DNA of 64,000 bases, taken from contig CAVTNR010000003.1 in assembly GCA_963736115.1 (NCBI GenBank), positions 98,798 to 162,797 on the forward strand, read 5' to 3'. The notes under the pieces were generated by a model. The model was given only the letters and a program-made list of their open reading frames with translations, did no database searches and was not told where the DNA came from. This stretch comes from an uncultured bacterium (GTDB lineage Bacteria; Zhuqueibacterota; QNDG01; DTFT01). Below, in pieces: positions 28,757 through 37,945 of this stretch (position 1 is its first letter; each line of letters opens with the position of its first letter). The translations under genes were made by a program, and so were the position numbers.

Positions 28757-29629
28757 ATGAAGAAAATCAGAATCGGATTTCTCCATTCCCTGATCCGGCT
28801 GGACGAAAAGCTCATCCTGGACGAGTTCAGGACGCGCGGGGACGTCGACCTGGAAATGGTGGACGACCGGCAGATCACGTTCCAGCTGGGAAAGGACCGG
28901 GACCGGTTCGGGTTCGACGTCGTTCTGGAGCGCTGCATCAACCATTCGCGCGCCCTGCACGCGCTGGTGATCTTCGAAAGCGCGGGCATTCGCTGCGTCA
29001 ACACAGCGAAAGTCGCCACCACCTGCGGAGACAAACTGCTGACGTCGCTCGCCCTGAAGGTGCACGGCGTTCCCCAGCCCGAGGTGCGCGTGGCGTTCAC
29101 CGAAGAATCGGCGCTCAAGGCCATCGAAGAGATGGGTTACCCGGTCGTGCTCAAACCGGCCGTGGGATCCTGGGGCCGGCTGCTGGCCAAGGTCAACGAC
29201 CGGGACGCCGCTGAAGCCCTGCTGGAGCACAAGTCCACGCTCGGTTCCTACCACCATTCGATCTTCTACATCCACCAGTACGTCGAGAAGAAGGGACGCG
29301 ACATCCGCAGTTTCGTGGTGGGAGACGAATGCATCGGCGCCATCTACCGCACCAGCCCCCACTGGATCACGAACACGGCGCGCGGCGGATTGGCCACGAA
29401 CTGCCCGGTCACGGACGAAATCCGGGACATCTCCCTGCGCGCGGCGGCCGCGGTCGGCGGCGGCATCGTGGCTATCGACCTCTTCGAGACGGCCTCGGGC
29501 ATTCTCGTCAATGAAGTCAATTACACCATGGAATTCAAGAACTCCATCAAGCCGACGGGCGTCAACATACCGGGCAAGATCGCCGAGTACACGATACACG
29601 CGGCCCGGGGGGAATTCGATGCCCGCTAA
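28757..29629 (+). CDS. lysX: Alpha-aminoadipate--LysW ligase LysX (RimK-like ATP-grasp)
   Basis: 'IRLDEKLI', 'ERCINHSR', '[11 protein letters not shown]', 'WITNTARG', '[12 protein letters not shown]'. Confidence 0.93.
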   Translation: MKKIRIGFLHSLIRLDEKLILDEFRTRGDVDLEMVDDRQITFQLGKDRDRFGFDVVLERCINHSRALHALVIFESAGIRCVNTAKVATTCGDKLLTSLALKVHGVPQPEVRVAFTEESALKAIEEMGYPVVLKPAVGSWGRLLAKVNDRDAAEALLEHKSTLGSYHHSIFYIHQYVEKKGRDIRSFVVGDECIGAIYRTSPHWITNTARGGLATNCPVTDEIRDISLRAAAAVGGGIVAIDLFETASGILVNEVNYTMEFKNSIKPTGVNIPGKIAEYTIHAARGEFDAR

Positions 29630-30668
29630 GATACGCGTTTCCATTGTCGGGGGGTCCGGGTACGCGGGAGGAGACCTGCTCCGTCTGCTGCTGGGCCACC
29701 CGCAGGCCGAGGTCATGCAGGTCACGTCTGAACGGTTCGTGGGCAAGTTCGTGCACAGCCTGCATCCCAATCTCCGGAAACGGACTTTGCTGAAATTCGT
29801 CTCGCAGGAGGAGCTGCAGCCCTGCGATCTGCTGTTCCTCTGCCTGCCGCACGGATCGGCCATGGGCAAAATCGACCGATTCGCCGGACTGGCGCCCAGG
29901 CTGATAGACCTGTCGGCGGATTTCCGGCTGAAGAACCCCGCTGATTACGACCGCTGGTACGGAAAGCCCCACGCCCGGCCGGAACTGCTTCCGAAGTTCG
30001 CGTACGGCATCTGCGAGCTCCATCGCGAGACCATACGGAAATCGGACTGGGTGTCCAGCGCGGGATGCAATGCCACGGCCGTGATCCTCGGGCTGTATCC
30101 TCTTTTCAAAAACGGGCTCGCGGATACGGAACGGACGGTTGTGGAGGTGAAGGCGGGATCGAGCGAGGGCGGCAATTCGGCTTCCGACGCGTCACACCAC
30201 CCGGAGCGGGCCGGCTGTGTGCGGTCCTACAGGCCCACGGGGCACAGGCACGCGGCCGAGATGATACAGGAACTGGGCTCCGGGAAGGAACTGAAGATTC
30301 ACTTTTCCGCGACGTCCATCGACATGGTCCGCGGCATACTGGCGACCTGCCACGTGTTCCTCAACCGGGCCATGGAGGAAAAGGAAATCTGGAAGGTGTA
30401 CCGCGAGGCCTATGGAAACGAGCCGTTCATCCGCATTGTCAAGGAGCGGGAAGGGAATTACCGGTACCCGGAGCCGAAACTGCTGGCCGGCACGAATTAC
30501 TGCGACATTGGGTTCGAGAAGGACCCCCTCTCGAACCGGCTGGTGGTGCTCAGCGCCATCGACAATCTGATGAAAGGCGCGGCGGGCCAGGCCCTTCAGG
30601 CATTCAATATCATGCACGGTTTCGAGGAGACGCAGGGACTCGAATTCACGGGGTTGCATCCGATCTGA
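29619..30668 (+). CDS. lysY: LysW-aminoadipyl-phosphate reductase LysY (ArgC family)
   Basis: 'GGSGYAGG', 'CLPHG', 'IDLSADFRL', 'AGCNAT', '[12 protein letters not shown]'; overlaps the lysX stop. Confidence 0.9.
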   Translation: MPAKIRVSIVGGSGYAGGDLLRLLLGHPQAEVMQVTSERFVGKFVHSLHPNLRKRTLLKFVSQEELQPCDLLFLCLPHGSAMGKIDRFAGLAPRLIDLSADFRLKNPADYDRWYGKPHARPELLPKFAYGICELHRETIRKSDWVSSAGCNATAVILGLYPLFKNGLADTERTVVEVKAGSSEGGNSASDASHHPERAGCVRSYRPTGHRHAAEMIQELGSGKELKIHFSATSIDMVRGILATCHVFLNRAMEEKEIWKVYREAYGNEPFIRIVKEREGNYRYPEPKLLAGTNYCDIGFEKDPLSNRLVVLSAIDNLMKGAAGQALQAFNIMHGFEETQGLEFTGLHPI

Positions 30669-30690
30669 ACCGCTTTTTCAAGCGAACTTC

Positions 30691-30730
30691 CGGCGGTCCG
30701 GCAAACGCGTCCGGCCGCCGGTTTTGTTTT
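30691..30730 (+). terminator. Probable terminator after lysY
   Basis: CGGCGG...CCGCCG stem followed by GTTTTGTTTT. Confidence 0.5.
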
Positions 30731-30758
30731 GATTGTTTCCAATCGCGGGAGGTGGGAG

Positions 30759-31205
30759 ATGAAAAAGGTGAAGACAGCCGGAAAAAAGGCGGGGAAAGCG
30801 GCCGAGAAAAAGGCGGTCCAGGCATCGAAGACCGTCCAAAAAGAGATCGAAAAGAAATCCGAATCCCTGAAGCTGAACCTCTTCCGGGGCGCGGCCGCCC
30901 TGCGCAGGGAAGTGGAGGAGAGGACGCCGGCCGTGAAGAAGGCGCTTGAATCCGGCGTCGGGAAGGTGATGCATATGACCGGCGAAGCCGCCAGACTCGC
31001 GAAACTGAAAGTCGAAATCGCGGCGCTCCGGAACGAGAAGGGCAAACTGCTGGAACAATTGGGGGGCGAGGTGTGGCATCTTTACCAGCAGAAGCGTCTC
31101 GGCGCGGTTGGCCGCGACCTGGCGGAGGTGTTCGGGAAGCTGGAGGAATTGACGGGTCGGATCCGGGAGAAGGAGAAGGAAATCGGGGAATTGTCCATCA
31201 CCTGA
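30759..31205 (+). CDS. Hypothetical protein with Lys/Ala-rich N-terminus and coiled coil
   Basis: GGAGGTGG RBS; MKKVKTAGKKAGKAAEKKA...; heptad-like C-terminal half. Confidence 0.7.
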   Translation: MKKVKTAGKKAGKAAEKKAVQASKTVQKEIEKKSESLKLNLFRGAAALRREVEERTPAVKKALESGVGKVMHMTGEAARLAKLKVEIAALRNEKGKLLEQLGGEVWHLYQQKRLGAVGRDLAEVFGKLEELTGRIREKEKEIGELSIT

Positions 31206-31250
31206 GTTCCGCCAGGGGATGTGTCCAGATTGTGCCGGGAGTTATGAGAA

Positions 31251-31345
31251 AGAAGGGAACCTTCTGACGGAAGGTTCCCTTCTTTTTACAATCCGGAATG
31301 AATCGAACCTCCCGCGGGTATATGCAAACCCGCGGGAGGTTTTTG
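31251..31345. terminator. Two tandem terminator hairpins between convergent genes
   Basis: AGAAGGGAACCTTC-tgacg-GAAGGTTCCCTTCT-TTTT and AACCTCCCGCGGGT...ACCCGCGGGAGGTT-TTT. Confidence 0.8.
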
Positions 31346-31349
31346 TGTT

Positions 31350-33167
31350 TTATTCGCCGTAAAAAATTTCCATCACGCATTCATCGCAATTGAAGCGGAC
31401 CGGGAAGCGCCGGCCGTCGCCGTCCTCCAGATTCCAAGCCGGGGCCGGATGCCCTGCCGGCCGTTTTCCGGGACAACGCCCGAGTTCCGCTCTGAGGCAG
31501 TACCGCGTTGTCATGACCTTTCTGCCCCGCAGTTCGAGCCCGCTCTCAGCCGCGGGCTCGATGACCTCCACGCCGTGCCGCCTGTAAAAGGCGTCGGCTT
31601 TCGCGTTCAGTACGTTTGCCGCGAAGGTCAGCTGTTTCAACGGATAGGGAAAGTCGTTCGGCCCGGGCGCCGGAACGGCGGGCGGGCGGAATGCGGATCG
31701 GACGGCGTCCAGCGCCGAAAGCGCCTCGCGGCGCAGCCGGTTCCATTCCGAGACCGGAGCGAAGGGCATGGGATGAACCGTAATATCCAGGCGCTCGCAG
31801 ATATAGTCCGTGCCGCCGAAGCTGGTCAACTGCTTGCGTATCGTCGACTCGGCCGATTCAGGGCTCCGCGCAGGGACCGGATCGGCTTCCGACGCCAGTT
31901 CCGCCCGGTTTCCGTCCTCATCCTCCAGCTTCAGACACAGCCGTCCGTTTTCCGAATCCAGAACCATCCGCACCCGGATTTTCCGCTCCGGTTCATCCTT
32001 CAGGACGGACAGGAGGAACCGGTGATCGCGGTTCCGGTGAATCTTGACGCCGGGCACGATGCCTTCCATCCGGTCCGGCGTGATACGATTTCCGGAAACG
32101 AAATTCACGACTGATCCCTTGAGATCGCCCGAAGGCATAAAGAACGCGATTCCGTCGCCCGGATTCAATCCGTGCCCGGACTTGAGGAAAAACCGGTCCG
32201 GCGCAACGGAAACCACCTCTCCGATGCATTCACCCAGATGTTTGGGCGTCTCGACGCTGGCCATTCCTCCGGACCTGCCGTCCAGAAAATAATCCGTGAA
32301 ACCCCGGTTGAAGGTCTTGTTGAGATCCGGCTCGAATCCGCCGATGACGGTCCCGGAGGAACTCCTGCGGTGCGGCGAGCCCTCCAGAACGCGGTCCAAC
32401 TCCCCGCGGAAATGACGCGTCGCGTTCGCCACCGCCTCCCTGTCCTTCAGACGGCCTTCGATCTTGAACGAGGTGACGCCGGCATCCAGAAGGTCTTTCA
32501 GCCGGTGCGAACGGTTCATGTCCTTGAGCGAAAGCCAGTGCCTGCGGCCCAGGTCCGCTCCCCGATCATCGGTCAGTCTGTAGAGCCGCCGGCAGGGCTG
32601 GGCGCATTGCCCGCGGTTTCCGCTCCGGCCGCCGATGGCGTAGCTCATCAGGCAGCAGCCGCTGAAACTCACGCACAGGGATCCGTGCACGAAAACCTCC
32701 AGGTCGATGGAGGTCTTTTCGCGGATGGAACGGATGGCCGCCAACCCGAGCTCGCGGGCGAGAATGACGCGCTGGAAACCGACGGTTTCGAGGAACGTCA
32801 CTTTTTCGGCTGTGTCATTGTGCATCTGGGTGCTGGCGATGAGGGGAACCGGCGGAAGACCGCTCTCGAGGAGCCCGAAATCCTGGATGATCAGCCCGCT
32901 GATGCCGGCTTCGTGCAGACGGCGGATCAGGGCGAGAGCCTCGGGGAGTTCGTCGTCCCGGAGAATGGTGTTCACCGCGGCGTAAACAGCCGCCCGGTAT
33001 TTCCGGCCGTGCAGGATCAGGGACTCGATGTCGCGGATGTCATTGCCCGCGGCTTCCCGCGCGCTGAAACGCCCGGCGCCGATGTACACGGCGTCCGCGC
33101 CGCAATTGACCGCGGAGATTCCGCATTCGAGATTTTTGGCCGGGGCCAGGAGTTCGATTCGGGACAT
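31350..33167 (-). CDS. U32 peptidase family protein with DUF3656 (RlhA-like rRNA hydroxylation factor)
   Basis: 'IELLAPA', 'GADAVYIG', 'ASTQM', 'EVFVHGSLCVSFSG', 'RSGNRGQCAQPCR', 'FKIEGRLK', 'MTTRYC'. Confidence 0.88.
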   Translation of the reverse strand: MSRIELLAPAKNLECGISAVNCGADAVYIGAGRFSAREAAGNDIRDIESLILHGRKYRAAVYAAVNTILRDDELPEALALIRRLHEAGISGLIIQDFGLLESGLPPVPLIASTQMHNDTAEKVTFLETVGFQRVILARELGLAAIRSIREKTSIDLEVFVHGSLCVSFSGCCLMSYAIGGRSGNRGQCAQPCRRLYRLTDDRGADLGRRHWLSLKDMNRSHRLKDLLDAGVTSFKIEGRLKDREAVANATRHFRGELDRVLEGSPHRRSSSGTVIGGFEPDLNKTFNRGFTDYFLDGRSGGMASVETPKHLGECIGEVVSVAPDRFFLKSGHGLNPGDGIAFFMPSGDLKGSVVNFVSGNRITPDRMEGIVPGVKIHRNRDHRFLLSVLKDEPERKIRVRMVLDSENGRLCLKLEDEDGNRAELASEADPVPARSPESAESTIRKQLTSFGGTDYICERLDITVHPMPFAPVSEWNRLRREALSALDAVRSAFRPPAVPAPGPNDFPYPLKQLTFAANVLNAKADAFYRRHGVEVIEPAAESGLELRGRKVMTTRYCLRAELGRCPGKRPAGHPAPAWNLEDGDGRRFPVRFNCDECVMEIFYGE

Positions 33168-33180
33168 GGCGATTAGAGGC

Positions 33181-33209
33181 ATATTAACACCCGCAAGTCA
33201 CAATGTCAA
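33181..33209 (-). promoter_or_regulatory. Sigma70-type promoter of the U32 gene
   Basis: Minus strand TTGACA-N17-TAATAT. Confidence 0.6.
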
Positions 33210-33286
33210 GCGTCGGGTCCATAATGTAGAATGGAACACGGACGCCGCGCCGGATTATTTCTGAAGCGGACCCAGGTTCATGGACA

Positions 33287-33317
33287 CGCAGGGGCGAGGC
33301 GGCGCCTCGCCCCTACG
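33287..33317. repeat. GTAG-family REP-like palindrome
   Basis: CGCAGGGGCGAGGC-ggc-GCCTCGCCCCTACG; the reverse strand reads GTAGGGGCG... Confidence 0.6.
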
Positions 33318-33519
33318 GAAGACATGCGGTCGATTTGCTCCCTGGATTACAGGGAGGACCATCCTGCCGTAAAAATAAGTTGCTGTTGGAGGAAAAATTT
33401 AATAATTTCTCTTGTTGCCCAAGGGTTTATTAAACGGCTGAAAATAATAGAACTATGTTTACTAAATCCACCGCGGGAAATCAGTGCCGGATGCGCCTCT
33501 CTGACGAAAGGATGATCCC

Positions 33520-34599
33520 ATGAAACTCGAACTCCGTCCGAACAGCCGGTATGCTTTGCTCGTACCCTCGAGCATGGGCGTGCGGATCACGCCTGTTGAA
33601 GGCCAGCCCGTGCACTGCAGCACGACCTTCCTGATGCAGGCCACCAGCGCGGAGACGAATGTCGCCAGCATTTCCTCCTTCCTGGGTTTCCGCGTGAAAG
33701 TGCTGACCGCTTTCGTCAAGGGAAGCCCCATTGCCAGGCTGATCCGGGACGATCTCGGCCGCCGGCACATGGATGTCGAAGCAAAAGAAGTCGACCAGGG
33801 CGGGCCCTGGGGATACAGGCACCAGTTCAACATCGCGGATAGCGGGACCGGATCGCGCGGGCCCCGGGTTCACAATGACAGGGCCGGCGAAGTGGGGCGC
33901 ACGCTGACCGCGAAGGATTTCGATCTCGACCGCATATTCGGATCAGAGGGCGTGCAGGTGCTCCATCTTTCCGGTCTGATCGCGGCGCTCTCGCCGGAAA
34001 CGGGCCGGTTCTGCCTGGAACTCAGCCAGGCCGCCAAAAAACACGGCACCCGCATTTCCTTTGACCTGAATTACCGCGCCTCCTTCTGGAAGAACCGCCA
34101 TGACGAACTCCGGGATGTTTTTCACCGGATCGCCGACAGCGCGGACATCCTTGTCGGAAACGAGGAGGACTTTCAGCTGGCCCTCGGAATCGAAGGCCCG
34201 GAGGCCGGTGGAAAGGGCCTGGCCGGCAAGATCGACAGCTTCAAGGAAATGATCAGCCGCGTCCGCAAGGCCTATCCGTCCGCCTCGGTTTTCGCCACCA
34301 CATTGCGGGAGGTCGTGAGCGTCAACCTGCACCGCTGGGGCGCGATTCTCGCGGCCGGGAATGACTGGCATCAGATCGAACCCAGGGAAATCACTGTTCT
34401 GGACCGGATCGGCGGCGGGGACGGCTTCGTGGGCGGGCTCCTGTACGCCGCACTGAAGGGGTGGGAGCCGGAGAAATGGGCGCAGTTCGGATGGGCCAGC
34501 GGCGCGCTTGCCACGACTGTGCTGACCGACTACGGCCAGCCCGCGGACGAAGAGGAGATCTGGAGCATCTGGCAGGGAAACGCGCGGGTACGGCGGTAA
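33520..34599 (+). CDS. PfkB-family sugar kinase (2-keto-3-deoxygluconate kinase-like)
   Basis: 'AETNVA', 'HLSGLIAALS', 'SFDLNYRASFW', 'GNEED', 'DRIGGGDGFVGG'. Confidence 0.88.
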   Translation: MKLELRPNSRYALLVPSSMGVRITPVEGQPVHCSTTFLMQATSAETNVASISSFLGFRVKVLTAFVKGSPIARLIRDDLGRRHMDVEAKEVDQGGPWGYRHQFNIADSGTGSRGPRVHNDRAGEVGRTLTAKDFDLDRIFGSEGVQVLHLSGLIAALSPETGRFCLELSQAAKKHGTRISFDLNYRASFWKNRHDELRDVFHRIADSADILVGNEEDFQLALGIEGPEAGGKGLAGKIDSFKEMISRVRKAYPSASVFATTLREVVSVNLHRWGAILAAGNDWHQIEPREITVLDRIGGGDGFVGGLLYAALKGWEPEKWAQFGWASGALATTVLTDYGQPADEEEIWSIWQGNARVRR

Positions 34600-34621
34600 T
34601 TTTTTGGTCTTTAAAAGAGAA

Positions 34622-34775
34622 ATCACCACGGAGGTACACGGAAAAAAGGGGCATCAGGGAAAGGCGTTCATTATCATCCCGGTAAATCGTCCTCTTTTCC
34701 ATGAAGGGAATGAATGAATAACACTATAGAATTTTTTTTCCGTGTGACGCCGTATCTGTATACGCGGTGTTTTTT
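34622..34775. repeat. CACGGA-type palindromic intergenic element
   Basis: Left ACCACGGAGGTACACGGAAAAAA; right TTTTTTCCGTGTGACGCCGTATCTGTATACGCGGTG, closely resembling the right arm of the 26.5 kb element. Confidence 0.65.
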
Positions 34776-34844
34776 GAAAGGAAAAATCACCTGAGCAGTA
34801 AAAGCCCCGTATAAACTTTCACCCCGAACTCGGGAGGATGCGCC

Positions 34845-36542
34845 ATGCGACGCCTGATCCTCTCGACTTGTCTGTTCCTGCCGCTCTGCACAGCCCCCGC
34901 GCAAGTCGTGATCTCCGAAGTGATGTTCGATCCGGCCGGGCCGGAAAACGCGGATGAATTCGTCGAGCTCTTCAATGCCAGCCCGTCGGACACGGTTCGG
35001 CTCGAAGGCTGGAGCCTGGGAGACGGTACCGGTTCGGATCCCCTGTCGGACGCGGGCGCAGGTATGTCCCTCGGCCCCCGCGGATATGCGGTTGTTCTGG
35101 ATCCGGATTATTTCGCATCCTCGGCCGCCTATGATTCTCTTATTCCGGAAACCGCGCTCGTGCTCAGCGTGGCGGGCGCCACTCTGGGCAGCGCGGGGCT
35201 GTCGAATTCAAAGCCGGAAACGGTTACATTATACACGCCGGACGGCCGCATCGAGGACGCGGTCTCCTACTCCACGGGAAACGTCCCGGGGCACTCGGAC
35301 GAGCGTATCGATCGGGACGGGCCGGGTTCGCCTGAGAATTGGGCGGACAGCCGCTTCCTGCTCGGTTCACCCGGATTCCGCAACAGCGTCACACGGCTGA
35401 CCCTCAATCTCGCTGTCACAGGTTTGTCCCTGGCGATGGAAGGCGGATCGCCGTTCCTTACCGCTAGTGTCGTGAACAATGGACTGACCGCGAGCGGGCC
35501 GTTCAGCCTGCGGTTTTTTATCGACGCGGATCTCGACTCCGCACTTGAGGGGGACGAGGCCCTGCCGCAGGTTTTTTCAAATCAGGGTTTGGCGCCCGGC
35601 GATTCCGCCGCATTCCGGATTGCAGCGGAACTGCAGTCCGGCAGGGGACGCGCAGGCGCAGGATTGATGTCCTGGGAAGACGGGAATCCGGCGGATGATG
35701 CGGGATTTCTGGATTTTTTCATTCCTTATGAAAAGGGATGCGTGCGGATCAGTGAAATCATGTATGATCCGTTCCCAGGAGATAGCGAATGGATCGAATT
35801 GGTCAATGCCGGTCATGGCACAGTCGATTTGCGGGAATGGAAATTTTCTGATTCTGATACGACCAGCCGGCGTGTGACCACCCGGGGGCACTTCCTGATG
35901 GTTCCCGGAGATTATGCCGTTCTGGCCGCAGGCGTCTCCTTTCTGGCGGGGCATCCGGAGATCGGATCTTTCAGCCTGATCCCGGACCTTTTTCCGAACC
36001 TGAACGATGACTCGGATCGGGTGTGTCTGTTCGATCCATCCGGCGCTGAAATGGATCGGATGCATTACGCGTCCGGTCCGGAGAAGCGGGAGGGGAACTC
36101 CCTCGAACGCATCCGGATAGACGGACGTTCGGACAATTCAGACAATTGGCATCCCAGCCTTTCACCTGCCGGATCCACGCCCGGCCGGCCGAACAGCTTG
36201 ATCCATGGGGGAACGTCCGCTGAATCCGGCTTTCGTGCTTCTCCGAATCCATTTTCTCCGGACGGGGATGGCCTGGATGAGGCCATATTCCTGGAATATT
36301 CTCTGCCGTCAGGGAATAATCGAGTCCGATTGCGCATCTACGATTCGGCCGGAAGACTGATCCGCACATTGAAGAACGGAGAAGAGGAAGATAGAACCGG
36401 TTTTGCGCTTTGGGACGGTCATGATGATGACGGTCATCAAGCAGTGATCGGCCGGTACATCGCTTTTCTGGAATCGGTTCCGGTCAAAGGCAGGGGAAGG
36501 ACAGTCCATTGCCGGGTAATCATTCTGGCAGGCAAACTGTGA
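34845..36542 (+). CDS. Secreted protein with two lamin-tail domains, a CARDB-like domain and a FlgD/T9SS-like C-terminal domain
   Basis: 'VVISEVMFDP..EFVELFN', 'VRISEIMYDP..EWIELVN', 'SPNPFSPDGDG..IYDSAGRLIRTL..WDG'. Confidence 0.85.
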   Translation: MRRLILSTCLFLPLCTAPAQVVISEVMFDPAGPENADEFVELFNASPSDTVRLEGWSLGDGTGSDPLSDAGAGMSLGPRGYAVVLDPDYFASSAAYDSLIPETALVLSVAGATLGSAGLSNSKPETVTLYTPDGRIEDAVSYSTGNVPGHSDERIDRDGPGSPENWADSRFLLGSPGFRNSVTRLTLNLAVTGLSLAMEGGSPFLTASVVNNGLTASGPFSLRFFIDADLDSALEGDEALPQVFSNQGLAPGDSAAFRIAAELQSGRGRAGAGLMSWEDGNPADDAGFLDFFIPYEKGCVRISEIMYDPFPGDSEWIELVNAGHGTVDLREWKFSDSDTTSRRVTTRGHFLMVPGDYAVLAAGVSFLAGHPEIGSFSLIPDLFPNLNDDSDRVCLFDPSGAEMDRMHYASGPEKREGNSLERIRIDGRSDNSDNWHPSLSPAGSTPGRPNSLIHGGTSAESGFRASPNPFSPDGDGLDEAIFLEYSLPSGNNRVRLRIYDSAGRLIRTLKNGEEEDRTGFALWDGHDDDGHQAVIGRYIAFLESVPVKGRGRTVHCRVIILAGKL

Positions 36543-36559
36543 ACCTGGCATGGGGCTGA

Positions 36560-36900
36560 AAAACAGAGAAGGAACAGCCTACCGGTTGATTTCTCCACAG
36601 GTTTTCCACATGCGCGATTTGACACAGAGGTCATTTCAGGCCAAAACAGGATTCTATGTGCGCTATTGTATTTTTATAGTATAAAAAGCAAAATTCATAT
36701 ATAATCGGAAAAAAATAAAGGCCACAAACAGTTGTTATGATTATAATTATGCGTTAAGTATATTTATTGGGTTGAAAATTTCAATCTTTTGTTTTAAAAC
36801 AAGATAGAATCATAAAATCAATGAAACCCGGGAATATTTTTGCGATTTTTCAAATATTTCACAAGTTATCCACATTCTAAACCCGTTTTTGAGCCTAAAA
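36560..36900. other. Candidate chromosomal replication origin (oriC)
   Basis: Very AT-rich spacer bracketed by DnaA-box pairs TTCTCCACA (36591), TTTTCCACA (36602), TATTTCACA (36855) and TTATCCACA (36866); all downstream genes are plus strand. Confidence 0.6.
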
Positions 36901-36905
36901 ACCCC

Positions 36906-36934
36906 TTGCTTTGCCATGGAGAATTGTCTATATT
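36906..36934 (+). promoter_or_regulatory. Sigma70-type promoter of rpsU
   Basis: TTGCTT-N17-TATATT. Confidence 0.6.
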
Positions 36935-36978
36935 AAGCCGAACTGAAAAATAAAATGGAAGGAGGGGTTGAGTCTTTT

Positions 36979-37176
36979 ATGCCGGCAGTGAGACTTCGAG
37001 ATGGCGAGTCCTTTGAAAAGGCATTCAGACGCTTCACGAAACAATGTGAAAAAGCCGGTTTGATGTCTGACATTAAAAAGCATCAGCATTACGAGAAGCC
37101 CAGCGAGCGGAAAAAGCGCAAAATGAACGCGGCGAAGCGCAAGATGCGCAAGCTGCAGCATTTATTCGAACAGTGA
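36979..37176 (+). CDS. rpsU: 30S ribosomal protein S21
   Basis: MPAVRLRDGESFEKAFRRFTKQCEKAG..HYEKPSERKKRK; GGAGG RBS. Confidence 0.96.
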   Translation: MPAVRLRDGESFEKAFRRFTKQCEKAGLMSDIKKHQHYEKPSERKKRKMNAAKRKMRKLQHLFEQ

Positions 37177-37304
37177 GGCCTCTCCCGCTGAACGTCAACC
37201 CCTTCGACCGGACGGACGGCCGACACCGGTCACGTCAGCATTTTACAAATGGCCATTGAAAAAACCGGCCGGAACACCGGTTCCGGTCTTTGATCGGCAG
37301 ATTG

Positions 37305-37339
37305 AAAGGTCCTGGGCAAGAGATACCAGGACCTTTTTT
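37305..37339 (+). terminator. Intrinsic terminator after rpsU
   Basis: AAAGGTCCTGG...CCAGGACCTTT-TTT. Confidence 0.7.
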
Positions 37340-37354
37340 ATGTTTCGGAGGATC

Positions 37355-37945
37355 ATGAACGGAATCGACATCCTTCTTTTCGCTGTCGTGGCCGCGTGCA
37401 TCCTGCGGGGATTTTTCCGCGGTGTCTGGCCTGAAGTGCTGGACATGGCGGTGTGGGTGGCCGCGGTTATTCTCTCGGTCTGGTTCGTCCGAACGCCCGC
37501 GGAATGGATATCACGGACCGTGCACCTCCCGGACGCACTGTCTGTACTGGTCGTATTCCTGGTCCTGCACGGCCTGATCAAGGGTCTGCTCGGTGCGGGC
37601 GTCCGGTTTATCGTTGCCGCCGGGAAGACATCCTTCGGCCAGAGGCTGTCCGGGATGGCAGCCGGTCTCATCCGGGGCATTTTCTCGGCCGGCGTTTTTG
37701 CTTTTCTGATTTTAAATTTCACCGCCATACGCAAACCGAATTGGGAAAAGGAGAAATCCGTCCTGCTCCGGCCGTTCAGCCGGGTGGCGCCGGCGCTCTA
37801 CAGCTCGTTCACGGCCGTCGTCCCCCAAAGCCGGCCGGTTTTCGAGCAAATGAAGGAGGGCTTCATCTGGTGCGCGGACCGCGTCGAAGACTGGGGCGGC
37901 CCGAGTCTGAACCCGGGCGCGGAAGATGAGCGTTCCGGGGCTTGA
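37355..37945 (+). CDS. cvpA: CvpA (colicin V production) family membrane protein
   Basis: 'MNGIDILL..ILRGFFRGVWPEV', four hydrophobic segments, 'RLSGMAAGLIRG'; upstream of mutS2. Confidence 0.8.
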   Translation: MNGIDILLFAVVAACILRGFFRGVWPEVLDMAVWVAAVILSVWFVRTPAEWISRTVHLPDALSVLVVFLVLHGLIKGLLGAGVRFIVAAGKTSFGQRLSGMAAGLIRGIFSAGVFAFLILNFTAIRKPNWEKEKSVLLRPFSRVAPALYSSFTAVVPQSRPVFEQMKEGFIWCADRVEDWGGPSLNPGAEDERSGA

